DNA of 41,763 nt from Octopus bimaculoides. Taxonomy: Eukaryota. The DNA lies in NCBI RefSeq assembly GCF_001194135.2, contig NC_068985.1:98833046-98874808 (forward strand), given 5' to 3'. Within the stretch, counting starts at the first letter, position 1. Every line of letters begins with the position of its first letter. A program made the position numbers and the translations under genes. Positions 1 to 10,485 of the stretch are shown here, piece by piece. The notes beneath the pieces were generated by a model, which saw only the letters and a program-made list of their open reading frames with translations, made no database searches and had not been told where the DNA came from.

Positions 1-734
1 TATTATGTTATATATATATTTGCATCATTTGCTCGCTTCATCACTTCCTATTAGTCTTTGTTTTCTGCGAGAAGATAACATTTCTTTTATTTAGGGAGAA
101 AGCTAATTAATAAAGGAAGAGACAAACAGTGGAAGTAAGTACTTTACCCTACTAACACAAAAAAACAACAAAAAAAGTAAAAAAAAAAAGAAGTTAGAAA
201 CAGAAATAAACAAACAGAAAGGATATCGATGTAGTAAGTGAATATCATAACAACATTATATTTTTAATAAAAATAGGCGGGAAGAAACAAAACACCATTT
301 TAAGGTAGGAGCTAAACATAGAAAGTTGTTTGTCGCTGTTATTGACTATAATCAGCCTTTAGCTGTTGTTCAGAGACAATATCTGTATGATATGGTAGAA
401 TAATTCTATTGCACATTAGGTGTTGGTTTTATCCTATTAAAAGAAACAAAAATTAACCATCATCAGTGTGAAAGGCGATTTGTCTGGTGCAGAATTACAT
501 AAACATATACATAAACGCGAACTGCGCGCGCTCAAACACACACACACACACACGCACAAACATATGGGTATTTCTATGTGTACGTGTCATGTGTGTATAT
601 ATATTATGTGTGTGTCTGTGTATATGTGTGTAAATGCACCAATATGTATATGAACACACTGCATACATACACACACACACACATGCGCAGACACATATAT
701 GCACGCACATATACACAACACACACACATATCCT

Positions 735-799
735 CGAAAGGATGGAAAGCAAAGTCGACTTCGGTGGAATTCAAACTCCGAACGTAAAAAAACGGACGA

Positions 800-801
<2 letters not shown>
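735..801 (-). mobile_element. Family A SINE core fragment
   Basis: CGAAAGGATGGAAAGCAAAGTCGACTTCGGTGGAATTCAAACTCCGAACGTAA. Confidence 0.7.

Positions 802-878
<77 letters not shown>
801..878. repeat. (AAT)n microsatellite
   Basis: Perfect trinucleotide run; source of the poly-Ile/poly-Leu pseudo-ORFs. Confidence 0.98.
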
Positions 879-879
<1 letters not shown>

Positions 880-914
880 AGAAGCAAAAAACAGAAGAGT
901 GCCATTGTTATCAA

Positions 915-956
915 GTGAAAGATATTTCGGCATCTAGTGTGCCTTCCACGGGTTAA
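915..956 (-). ncRNA. Degenerate minimal hammerhead-like motif HH3 (core CCGUGGA)
   Basis: Minus strand: UUAAC / CCGUGGA / A / GGCA-CACUAGA-UGCC / GAAA / UAUC / UUUCAC. It is a direct paralog of HH2, both followed by UUGAUAACAAUGGCACUCUUCU. Stem II is perfect and stem I is broken. Confidence 0.5.
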
Positions 957-1120
957 AAAAATAAACTTGTCAATCTACTTCATTTTTGGTAATATTTTAT
1001 AGGATTGAAGTAACTCCTCCAGAAGGTATACAGAAGCATAAAAAGGAAAAAAAAAAACCCCAGAAAAAAACCAAAAAGAAACCAACAAAAAAACAAAGAA
1101 GAGTGCCATTGTTATCAAAG

Positions 1121-1160
1121 AAACAATATTTCGACATATAGTGTGCCATCCACAGGTTCA

Positions 1161-1162
<2 letters not shown>
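1121..1162 (-). ncRNA. Minimal type-I hammerhead-like motif HH2 (core CUGUGGA, A6U)
   Basis: Minus strand: UUUGAAC / CUGUGGA / U / GGCA-CACUAUA-UGUC / GAAA / UAUU / GUUU. Stem I is 4 bp, stem II 4 bp, palindromic AUAU, triplet AUU. Confidence 0.6.
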
Positions 1163-1207
<45 letters not shown>

Positions 1208-1229
1208 TGATGATGATGATGATAATAAT
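1161..1229. repeat. (AAT)n(GAT)n compound microsatellite
   Basis: Directly visible; lies between HH1 and HH2. Confidence 0.95.
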
Positions 1230-1264
1230 CAAGACGAAGAGTGTGATTCGATTGTATAGATATT

Positions 1265-1319
1265 TTATTAGTTGAACGATATTTCAACAGTACGTCTGTC
1301 TTTGTCAGGTTCAAAATAA
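1265..1319 (-). ncRNA. Minimal type-I hammerhead ribozyme-like motif HH1 (core CUGACAA, G8A)
   Basis: Minus strand: UUAUU-UUGAAC / CUGACAA / A / GACAG-ACGUA-CUGUU / GAAA / UAUC / GUUCAA-CU-AAUAA. Stem I is 6+5 bp, stem II 5 bp, stem III is reduced to palindromic AUAU, and the cleavage triplet is AUC. It lies ~180 nt downstream of the PLE ORF on the same strand. Confidence 0.7.
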
Positions 1320-1495
1320 GAAGTAATAAAAATTCAAAATTACAGAAATTCAAACGTAAAGTATGAACGAGAGCAGCCAGCGTCCACACGTTGATGGAAT
1401 GACATCATCAGTTTTTAAGTTTTATAACAGGCGGAAAGAAAGAAAAAGGAAGACGACAGACAAAAAAGGAAAGAAAAAGAGAGAAAGAAGAATAT

Positions 1496-2113
1496 TCAAT
1501 CAAACAGTTTTGTATGAATTTGATGATATTCTCCTGTCATTTTATTCATTCCTCCAGGGCATGATGTTAATAACCCGCAAACTTATTTCTCCTCATACAT
1601 TCTGAGAAGTGAAAGTGGGGTAGATTCAGAATATTTTTGGAGATTATGCACTTTCAAGTCTTCTTCAAAATTGCAGCCTCCTGAAACGAAATGTTCAGCA
1701 AGTTCTATCGAACTACTGTTATTGTGCCTGACGTCGAATCTGTGCCCATTAAACCTTTTGTTTAATTGTTCTGTTGTACAACCAACATAAATCAAGTTGT
1801 GTTTCGTGCATTCTGCCGCGTACAGCAAATAGGAATCTCTACATGTCCTACCATCTGTATAAATCATAACATTTCTGTTATGATTTCTGATGGAATTCAC
1901 TTCACTCATGTTGTTGCACAATGAACAGGGCTTACCTCTCTTGTGGCTGTTCTTTAAGGTACAGCTTGCAGATACTCCAATGTTCGTTTTCTTGGAGTCA
2001 GATATTGAGGTCAATAATTCTCTTATGTTCTTATTCCGTCGAAAGGCTACAATCGGCGGCTGAGGAAATATCTGATTTTCGTCAAACATTTTCATCAAAC
2101 ATTTTCATCAAAC
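1496..2113 (-). pseudogene. Penelope-like retroelement (PLE) ORF C-terminus with GIY-YIG endonuclease; premature stop, 5' part lost in N-gap
   Basis: ORF 1583-2098 reads PQPPIVAFRRNKNIRELL...KPCSLC...LLYAAECTKHNLIYVGCTTEQLNKRFNGHR...LAEHF, the typical PLE linker, Cys motif and GIY-YIG. Past the TAA at 1583 (where the conserved Trp is expected) the same frame continues VCGLLTSCPGGMNK..., matching the E..WI..L.T..P.G.N PLE terminus, to TGA at 1496. Confidence 0.9.
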
Positions 2114-2609
2114 NNNNNNNNNNNNNNNNNNNNNNNNNNNNNNNNNNNNNNNNNNNNNNNNNNNNNNNNNNNNNNNNNNNNNNNNNNNNNNNNNNNNNNN
2201 NNNNNNNNNNNNNNNNNNNNNNNNNNNNNNNNNNNNNNNNNNNNNNNNNNNNNNNNNNNNNNNNNNNNNNNNNNNNNNNNNNNNNNNNNNNNNNNNNNNN
2301 NNNNNNNNNNNNNNNNNNNNNNNNNNNNNNNNNNNNNNNNNNNNNNNNNNNNNNNNNNNNNNNNNNNNNNNNNNNNNNNNNNNNNNNNNNNNNNNNNNNN
2401 NNNNNNNNNNNNNNNNNNNNNNNNNNNNNNNNNNNNNNNNNNNNNNNNNNNNNNNNNNNNNNNNNNNNNNNNNNNNNNNNNNNNNNNNNNNNNNNNNNNN
2501 NNNNNNNNNNNNNNNNNNNNNNNNNNNNNNNNNNNNNNNNNNNNNNNNNNNNNNNNNNNNNNNNNNNNNNNNNNNNNNGGGCGGGGGTAAGGGGCGGGGG
2601 AAGAGACGA

Positions 2610-2735
2610 TTTCATCAACTCCAGAGTTTGACTAGCACTTAATTTGAACGACCTCGGAAGAATGAAGGACAAAGTTGACCTCAGTGAGATTTGAACACAG
2701 AACATAGAGAGTTGCAACAAATAACGCAAAACGTT
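2610..2735 (-). mobile_element. Family A SINE fragment, decayed
   Basis: GACCTCGGAAGAATGAAGGACAAAGTTGACCTCAGTGAGATTTGAACACAGAAC. Confidence 0.65.
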
Positions 2736-2853
2736 TCTTGTGACAGTCTAACAATTACGCTTTAACAACAACTACCACAATGGCAATATATACTTATATA
2801 TATATATGTGTGTATATATGTGTTTGTGTATGTGAGTTTGTCGCGCTCTTCCT

Positions 2854-2889
<36 letters not shown>

Positions 2890-3542
2890 TATAAACACAC
2901 ACACACAGTCTCTCTCTCTCTCTCACACACACAGATATGTATAAAACTAGAAATATAAATGCAGTATTTAAACTTAGGCGTATATATAAGTGTGTGCGTA
3001 TGTTTCTATGATCGTCTGTTTACAAGTATTAACACAATCACAGGAAAGACTACTTTAATACGTTTAGTAGCGGAAAGATATATTTTTTATTGTTCAAGTT
3101 GATTCCTTCAGGTTTTCCTCTGAAGAAATATTTAGATGGCATATCAAGTAAGAAAGTTTTAGAAGACATTTGTGGAATTATCATAGGTATTCGGTGCTGT
3201 GTTAAGGTTTGTATTGTAAACAACTTTTCGGTCTCATTTGTTTACATCCCGATTCTATTTCATGTTTCAAATTTTCTCGGTAGACTTCGTTCTGTGACAG
3301 CATTTAGAGATTATTTCTTTTCTTTTTTTTTATCGACTTGATATTGTATTTCTCTGCAATGCGTAATTAACATTATCACTTTGTACTTAAATAGAAAGTT
3401 CGAAACAGTTAAAATCGAAATGGTCAAAGCATCGGTCAATTATTAAACATTTACATAAACCTGCTTTTCTCTCCTTTCAGCTTGATGGTGGTGGACCTAA
3501 TGTTGAACAAAAAGCTTTTAAGGCTTCCTTCGCAGATCTTTA

Positions 3543-3890
3543 ACTTGTTTCAACCATTGAGCTGTGGCTATGCCGGGGCATCGCCTAGGAGTTTAGTAGA
3601 AAGAAATCAATTCCAGGACTTTTAAAGCATGCTATTTATTCTCTCAGTCTCTTTTGCCGAGCCGCTATGTTACGGGGACTTAAACGAACACCGGTTGTCA
3701 AGTGATGGTAGGGGACAAACACAAACACACACACACACACTTGAGTTTCCGGTTGTCAAATAATCCACTAACAAGGCGTTGGCCGGCCCATGGCTATATT
3801 AGAAGATACCTGCCCAAGGTGCCACGCAGTCGAACTGAACCCGGAACCATGTGGTTGGGAAGAAAACTTCTTAACACGCAGCCACATCTC
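3543..3890 (-). mobile_element. tRNA-derived CORE-type SINE (family B)
   Basis: Colinear with 39591-39958. Minus head TGTGGCTGCGTGTTAAGAAG...GGTTCCGGGTTCAG, then CCTTGGGCAGG (CORE-like CCTTGGGCAAGT), an internal (TG)n and tail TGAAACAAGT. Confidence 0.85.
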
Positions 3891-3897
3891 GACGAGC

Positions 3898-4046
3898 CTT
3901 CAGTTATCATCTATGAAATTTACATACAAAATTTCATTCGGCCCGGAGCAATAGTAAAAGACACTTGCTCAATGTACCGCACAGTGGTATTGAACCCAAG
4001 ACCTTATTGTTAGGAAGCAAGATTCTCAACCACCCAGCCACGCCAA
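3898..4046 (-). mobile_element. Family B SINE 5' portion, decayed
   Basis: GACACTTGCTCAA...ATTGAACCC...GGAAGCAAG...ACCACCCAGCCAC matches the head and core of family B. Confidence 0.7.
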
Positions 4047-5075
4047 AACATTTTTCTTCGTTTCCTTTGCTACTTGCTTAAGATGCTATCTTCCAGCCGG
4101 TTTGTATATGTGTGTGCAGAGATATATATCAATATTGCTGTTGATAATCTGTCTACAGTGGTTACTGAACTGGCCAACGATAAAAAGAATCCCCATCTTG
4201 AAATAACTAAATAATCCCTTCCTGATTCTCTCTACCCCCAACTTAACTAGCTTCCAAATTCTTTTCCTTTCTGCGCCCTCACCCGCACTTCCATCCCGTG
4301 AAAATGTACAACGACTATTTGTCTGCCATTTTCTGTAATTTTTCGCTGCTCACACTCTCATAGACTAAGGGCGATGAAAAACTTGGCTCGCTCCCCACCA
4401 AGAAAGTATTTGTCCGATATGTCAGAAAGTATTCAAAAAATGGTACACGATATCAAAAAAGTTTACACCTCATTAGTAACATGTGTGTATGTGTGTGTTT
4501 GTGTATTTCCCATCATATCATTGGATTAGCTAAGAAAGACAGCATTAAAAGTAATAATGTCGATATAATAATGCATATTAGGTGATCTCTGTTTTTCCTC
4601 AACGGCTCCATTTTGGCGAAAATCCGTAATGACACACAACACTAGATGTCGGTATGAACAGCCAAAATGGAGCTGGTGTATGTAAGCTTGGTATATACTG
4701 AAAGCAAAACCTAATTTTCTTGACATGAAACCGAATTGCTTTGCATCGTTATAACACACATTAATAATGTACTTAACACCAACTTAAGCATAATTTTCAC
4801 CAGTCTAAAAAGGCCTGCAAGTAATAAATGTACGGCTCCCGTTCTTTTATTTAGACCTTTAAAAAATCTATTGCAATCTGAAATATTTTAAAGTCTGTAT
4901 GCAAGTCGATCATGAATGAACGTCAGCTGTTTTCGATACAGGATTGACATATATTAAAAAGTTTCACCTCTAAAAGACTAACAGATGTAAAACAGCTTTA
5001 TGACTGTAAACGCTCTTAAGTTATTAATCCATGGAAGCAGTTCTATTGTAATTAGAATGAATTACAAAATATGAT

Positions 5076-5477
5076 GTTGTTGTTGTTGTTGTTGGCACTC
5101 CTTCGCTTACGACGTCGAGGGTTCCAGTTGATCCGATCAACGGAACAGCCTGCTCGTGAAATTAACGTGCAAGTGGCTGAGCACTCCACAGACACGTGTA
5201 ACCTTAATGTAGTTTTCGGGGATATTCAGCGTGACACAGTGTGACAAGGCTGACCCTTTGAATTACAGGCACAACAGAAACAGGAAGTAAGAGTGAGAGT
5301 GAGAGAAAGTTGTGGTGGGAGAGTACAGCAGGGTTCACCACCATCCCCTGCCGGAGCCTCGTGGAGCTTTAGATGTTTTCGCTCAATAAACACTCACTAC
5401 GCCCGGTCTGGGAATCGAAACCGCAATCCTGTGACCGCGAGTCCGCTGCCCTAACCACTGGGCCATTGCGCCTCCAC
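5076..5477 (-). mobile_element. Full-length tRNA-derived SINE (family C) with 12-bp target-site duplication
   Basis: Minus head GGAGGCGCAATGGCCCAGTGGTTAGGGCAGCGGACTCGCGG...GGTTTCGATTCCC (A and B boxes); (AAC)n tail; TSD ACAAAATATGAT at 5064-5075 and 5478-5489. Confidence 0.92.
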
Positions 5478-7545
5478 ACAAAATATGATACGTAAATATG
5501 ATATCAAAATTGAAAGCTAATGTAGAGAAATATTCTCATTACCTTGTCAATAATATAAACAGAAATTTAATTAAAGAATAGCTAATGCTTCATTAAGTAG
5601 GGACACTTTCAAAAAAGTTGCCAGTTGTTACAATAACGCATTACAAAATAAATGTGGATTAAAAGGAGGGAAATGCTTTTTACCCAAGTGTGAGAACTAA
5701 GGAAATAAACGTAGAAATACCTTCATGGAAAATATATCCCCGTATATAGTTAAAAGTTTTGTAGCCCTAATAAAAAAGTATTGTCTGGAGTTTACTTAAT
5801 AAAAATAACATCAAAGTTGGCCCCACGAAAAATTTCAGCAACATATTAACGAAAAAAAAGCAGCATCAAAGGCGCATTAGACGAATGCCTAGGTAACCGA
5901 ATGAAAAATATTTAAAGAAAGCAATTAGATACGAAGTAAAGGTAACAGTGTTAATGCTAAAATCCAATCCATACATTGATCGTTTAGAAAATGTCTGGAT
6001 GTATTGATTCTCTAAAAGTAAAAATTGGACATTGATTTTATATTTCAGATCAGTGATGCCAATATTGGGTTTCATAGTTCTGCTTTAATGGAAGGATTTC
6101 GATTATATAAAGTGGCAGCTACATGTTAAGGAAACTTGAAGTTTATTTTAGGTGTTCATTGGTCGAGTTTTTATTCCAGTTTCTGGAAAATTAACTAGGT
6201 AAGACACTATTCTGTTGAGGGTAGATTTCTGAGAATATCGAAATTTTATCCTTAACAAATTGGTTGCCTGAAGAGTATAGAGTAATGAGTTCTTCACAGA
6301 AACACGACAAAAGACATAACGAGGGTTAAAACTGACAATCCATTAACTGGTACTCTTGTACAATAACTCTTTTGCCATTTCCCCTTTCTACAAGGAACGA
6401 AGGAGAGAGTCTTAAAGTGGTTTACTGATATGCTAGATATAGCTGTGAAATTCTCTTCAAACCACATCCTACCGTATTAAAAAAAGATGCGTAGGATTTA
6501 TGAACTCAGCACACGATTTTTGTTTACGATTGCGATTATCAGGCAGGAACTGTCTTAAAGTATTTTGCAGTTGTTTAATATATATTGTACTACCTTGACC
6601 TTGATGTCTACGTCTTTTGTACCGAGGAGTTAACTGGATATGGAACACTAAACACTCGGTCATCTATCAAAAACATGCCTCTCCCAACTAGATAGCTGTA
6701 CCTGGAATGCCTTATTCAAAATAATGAAAATGTGATCAAACATATGCGCAGTAAAGCGAACCACCACATAAAATACAATGATGATGCACCTTCATGTAAT
6801 AAGTTTAGTTTTAAAATATGCAGTATTCTATCACAATTTAAAAACTGAAAAAAATTCGAAGTAGATCACATCGACATGACAAAGAAGCTCATATTAAAAA
6901 ATTATGGAAGAAAATTCGAAATTCAACTACATTCAGACATAATATTACTAATGTTATAAAAATAAATACATAAACGAAGCAAACATTTCTACGCACAAAA
7001 AGCAATGACATCCACCAAAGAAAAGTCCTTTTGATGAGCATAGCTAAAACATAAAACTGCAAGCGTCAATACATACAATGCAATCAATTGAAAAGCCAAG
7101 AAATTAAGAAATTTACAGATTGAAGGAAGTTGCTTAGTCAGACGACAGCCGTACATCACAATGAAAAGCCACAAAACTAACTTCTTAGCAGACATCAAAT
7201 GCAAATTTATGAATCTAACGGCAGTGAGTTAGAAGGAGTGATAAAAATATCGACAGTTTGAACAACGTGAAGAACAAAAAGGCGAACAAATTCACACAAC
7301 TCTACCTGTCAAACGGAAAACCCACTTCTAATAAGAGCACTGAACATTGCAAAAAGATTTACCACTATTAGTAATCAATGGATAAGCTTTATCAACACGA
7401 GAAAGGTCGTCCTATTTTTAGCATATTACCCAAGTTAAAGAAAGAAAATGAACATCTTCAGACGTAAGCATAGGATGCTGTCGTGGTGTAGTGCAAAGTG
7501 TTGCAGTATACGGTACATATATAAAAAAATTAAGGAAATGAATCC

Positions 7546-7793
<248 letters not shown>

Positions 7794-9246
7794 GTGTCAC
7801 ACCGCCACACCATTCACCACCATACCACACAACACCACATTACATCACATCACACTACCACGGACACACTAGCACTGACGACTTCCCAGCCCCATACCAT
7901 CTACCACACACCTACACATACAAACACCCACACGTCAAGATCACCAGCCCTCTTCCAAACGCACATACATGCTCTCTTATACACACGCATGCACAGTTTC
8001 GTTTTGGGATCACCACTACTTTATTATCTCCCCTTCTTCGTAGCTCTCCTGTGTGACCCCTNNNNNNNNNNNNNNNNNNNNNNNNNNNNNNNNNNNNNNN
8101 NNNNNNNNNNNNNNNNNNNNNNNNNNNNNNNNNNNNNNNNNNNNNNNNNNNNNNNNNNNNNNNNNNNNNNNNNNNNNNNNNNNNNNNNNNNNNNNNNNNN
8201 NNNNNNNNNNNNNNNNNNNNNNNNNNNNNNNNNNNNNNNNNNNNNNNNNNNNNNNNNNNNNNNNNNNNNNNNNNNNNNNNNNNNNNNNNNNNNNNNNNNN
8301 NNNNNNNNNNNNNNNNNNNNNNNNNNNNNNNNNNNNNNNNNNNNNNNNNNNNNNNNNNNNNNNNNNNNNNNNNNNNNNNNNNNNNNNNNNNNNNNNNNNN
8401 NNNNNNNNNNNNNNNNNNNNNNNNNNNNNNNNNNNNNNNNNNNNNNNNATATATATATATATATAAACACATGCACAAGTACCGACATGTACCTATATGC
8501 TTACATAGATACACACACACATACACGTCATGCGCATATCATATGATGATTTGCGTAGATTAAATATACTTTGTATTAGGTTAATTATACTTAAGCCAAC
8601 ACAGAATTCTTTTTATATTTTCCTTCTATTTGCTCAGTGAGTTAAGTATTTTATTTATAATAAATCGTTATTTTCTCATTCCTTCTCAGATTTGAGAATT
8701 TTTATTCTTATTTTCTGAATTTTCAATTTTTGTTTCATAGATAGATGCTTTATTATTTTCAATTCTCTTAGATACGCAGGTAATAAATTAGAAAGGTGAA
8801 TGTAATTTATTCTACCGTGTATTTACTTTACTAATGACATTTTAATGACATTTTATAATGACATGTTATTATATACGGTTTAATTTTTCATATTCTGTTC
8901 GTTTGCAATTTTATTTTTTCTGTCGACTGAAAGGAAATTGAATTTTTGTTATTAGCATTTATATATTTTGGCAATGGATTGATGGAATCTACAGAGCATC
9001 AGACAAAATGTTTTAGCCTATTTAATTACAGCTCTTGATGTTCCGAGCTCAATATCCATCAAAGTCAACAACAATTCTTGATTCTTAATCAAACTATTCA
9101 GTATTATAGATCTATTACAGACAATGTTACAGACAGGTTTTGCTTTCGGTACTAAAATTGAATGCTAGAGAACAGCTCGGTTAAGTAATATCACTTGCTC
9201 TTCAGAGATGGCAGCTATGGAAAAAATACGAATTATTAGATGACTG

Positions 9247-9282
<36 letters not shown>

Positions 9283-9283
<1 letters not shown>

Positions 9284-9415
9284 GGAGAATGCACAAAAAA
9301 ACGACAAAACAATAGACGAAGACAGGTGGTGTAGAAAACAAACAGAAGTATTCATATAACGCTCGGAAAGTGAAAAAGTCTTTAACGTTTCGAGCCTACG
9401 CTCTTCCACAGAAAA
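9283..9415 (-). mobile_element. Probable PLE terminal-repeat fragment carrying hammerhead-like motif HH4 (9380-9415, core CUGUGGA)
   Basis: Minus strand: AUUUU / CUGUGGA / A / GAGC-GUAG-GCUC / GAAA / CGUU / AAAG. Stem II is a perfect 4 bp, palindromic ACGU, triplet GUU, stem I 4 bp. It is followed by a pyrimidine-rich stretch containing UCUUCGUCU (as after HH1) and ends at a (TA)n tract. Confidence 0.55.
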
Positions 9416-9817
9416 TATCCGCTATTAGTATTAGCGACGGAAGCAGTATTAGTCCAAATTAGCAAGCTGTATATGATATTTAATGCAGATATACTATGAA
9501 AAACCTGGAAACATCGGTATTCACCACAAGAAAGCACCTCGTATAGACGTATAAAGTTAAAACAGAAATATGTATATATATATATAGCAGTCAAAAAGTG
9601 TCTAGAAGCAGAAGTAGAATTATTAATACGCGTTTCTGCTTNNNNNNNNNNTGTCTAGAAGCAGAAGTAGAATTATTAATACGCGTTTCTGCTTCTTTAA
9701 GCGTGATCAGTAGCAGCGCACACATACACACAGACAACCGCACACGTACACACAGACAACCGCACACATGTGTGAGTGGGAGTGTGTGTATGTACAAAAA
9801 TGTATTAGCGCAGGTAA

Positions 9818-10129
9818 TTAGAAATTCTGGATTGGTGTCTGGTGCGTTAGTAGATCGGTATCTGGTCGTGAAGTATCTCTTTGCTTTTTATTAAAAGACA
9901 TCCCGAGAAAGAGGTTCTCTGATATAAAGTCTGTCGAGTAGAGAATGGTGTCGACTGGTTTGGTGATCTTCAACGTCAGCTGAAGACATGGCATTCTCAC
10001 GCCCTCAAATCCAATGAACGTCATTGGGACCTTGTGTCTTGCCTCGGCTTGTCCAAGGACAATGTAAGGCCCGTAGAGTGGGTCTGCAAGGCAGTCGACG
10101 GCTCCGTTCCTTTGATAATCAAAGATGAC
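9818..10129 (-). CDS. Candidate (possibly terminal) exon of an unidentified protein-coding gene
   Basis: Acceptor ...gcgctgtag|GTC at 10130/10129, phase 0. 103 sense codons plus TAA at 9818: VIFDYQRNGAVDCLADPLYGPYIVLGQAEARHKVPMTFIGFEGVRMPCLQLTLKITKPVDTILYSTDFISENLFLG...QNF*. GC-richer island with coding-like codon use. An internal GGC|gtgaga donor after FEG is also possible. No family recognised. Confidence 0.5.
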   Translation of the reverse strand, partial: VIFDYQRNGAVDCLADPLYGPYIVLGQAEARHKVPMTFIGFEGVRMPCLQLTLKITKPVDTILYSTDFISENLFLGMSFNKKQRDTSRPDTDLLTHQTPIQNF

Positions 10130-10361
10130 CTACAGCGCTTACAAATGAACAACCGTCACACACACGCGCACACACACACATACACACACATACACAGACA
10201 CACACACAAACGCACACACATTTATATATGCATATATGTATATAAATGTTTGTGTGTGTGTGTCTACACACACACACATGCACACATACATAAACGTACA
10301 TATACGTATACGTTCGTTTTTATGTGAAGTTATATATATATAATACACACATATACATACA

Positions 10362-10415
<54 letters not shown>

Positions 10416-10485
10416 CATGTAGATATACATACATACACACACATGTATACACACACAAACAAACACACTACTCAGTTTGTTCTAC

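Noticed and set aside
4600-4640. VITDFRQNGAVE (minus ORF) resembling VIFDYQRNGAVD of the candidate exon
   Set aside because: Flanking residues do not align and the match coincides with a DNA hairpin arm; treated as coincidence.
5402-5475. tRNA gene
   Set aside because: The tRNA-like head is fused to a SINE body, tail and TSD, with no complete acceptor stem.
6989-7204. Hydrophobic 71-aa ORF resembling a membrane protein
   Set aside because: Hydrophobicity follows from the T-rich strand composition, and there are no good splice or start signals.
9160-9215. CUGAAGAG plus hairpin on the minus strand
   Set aside because: No GAAA after stem II and no stem I.
9898-10063. Plus-strand exon-like reading HPEKEVL*YKVCRVENGVDW...KDN|gtaagg with a single in-frame TGA (tempting as Sec or A-to-I stop recoding)
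   Set aside because: It is the in-register antisense shadow of the minus-strand exon. Its excess of Trp and His comes from CCA/GTG/ATG codons on the other strand, and there is no independent support for readthrough.
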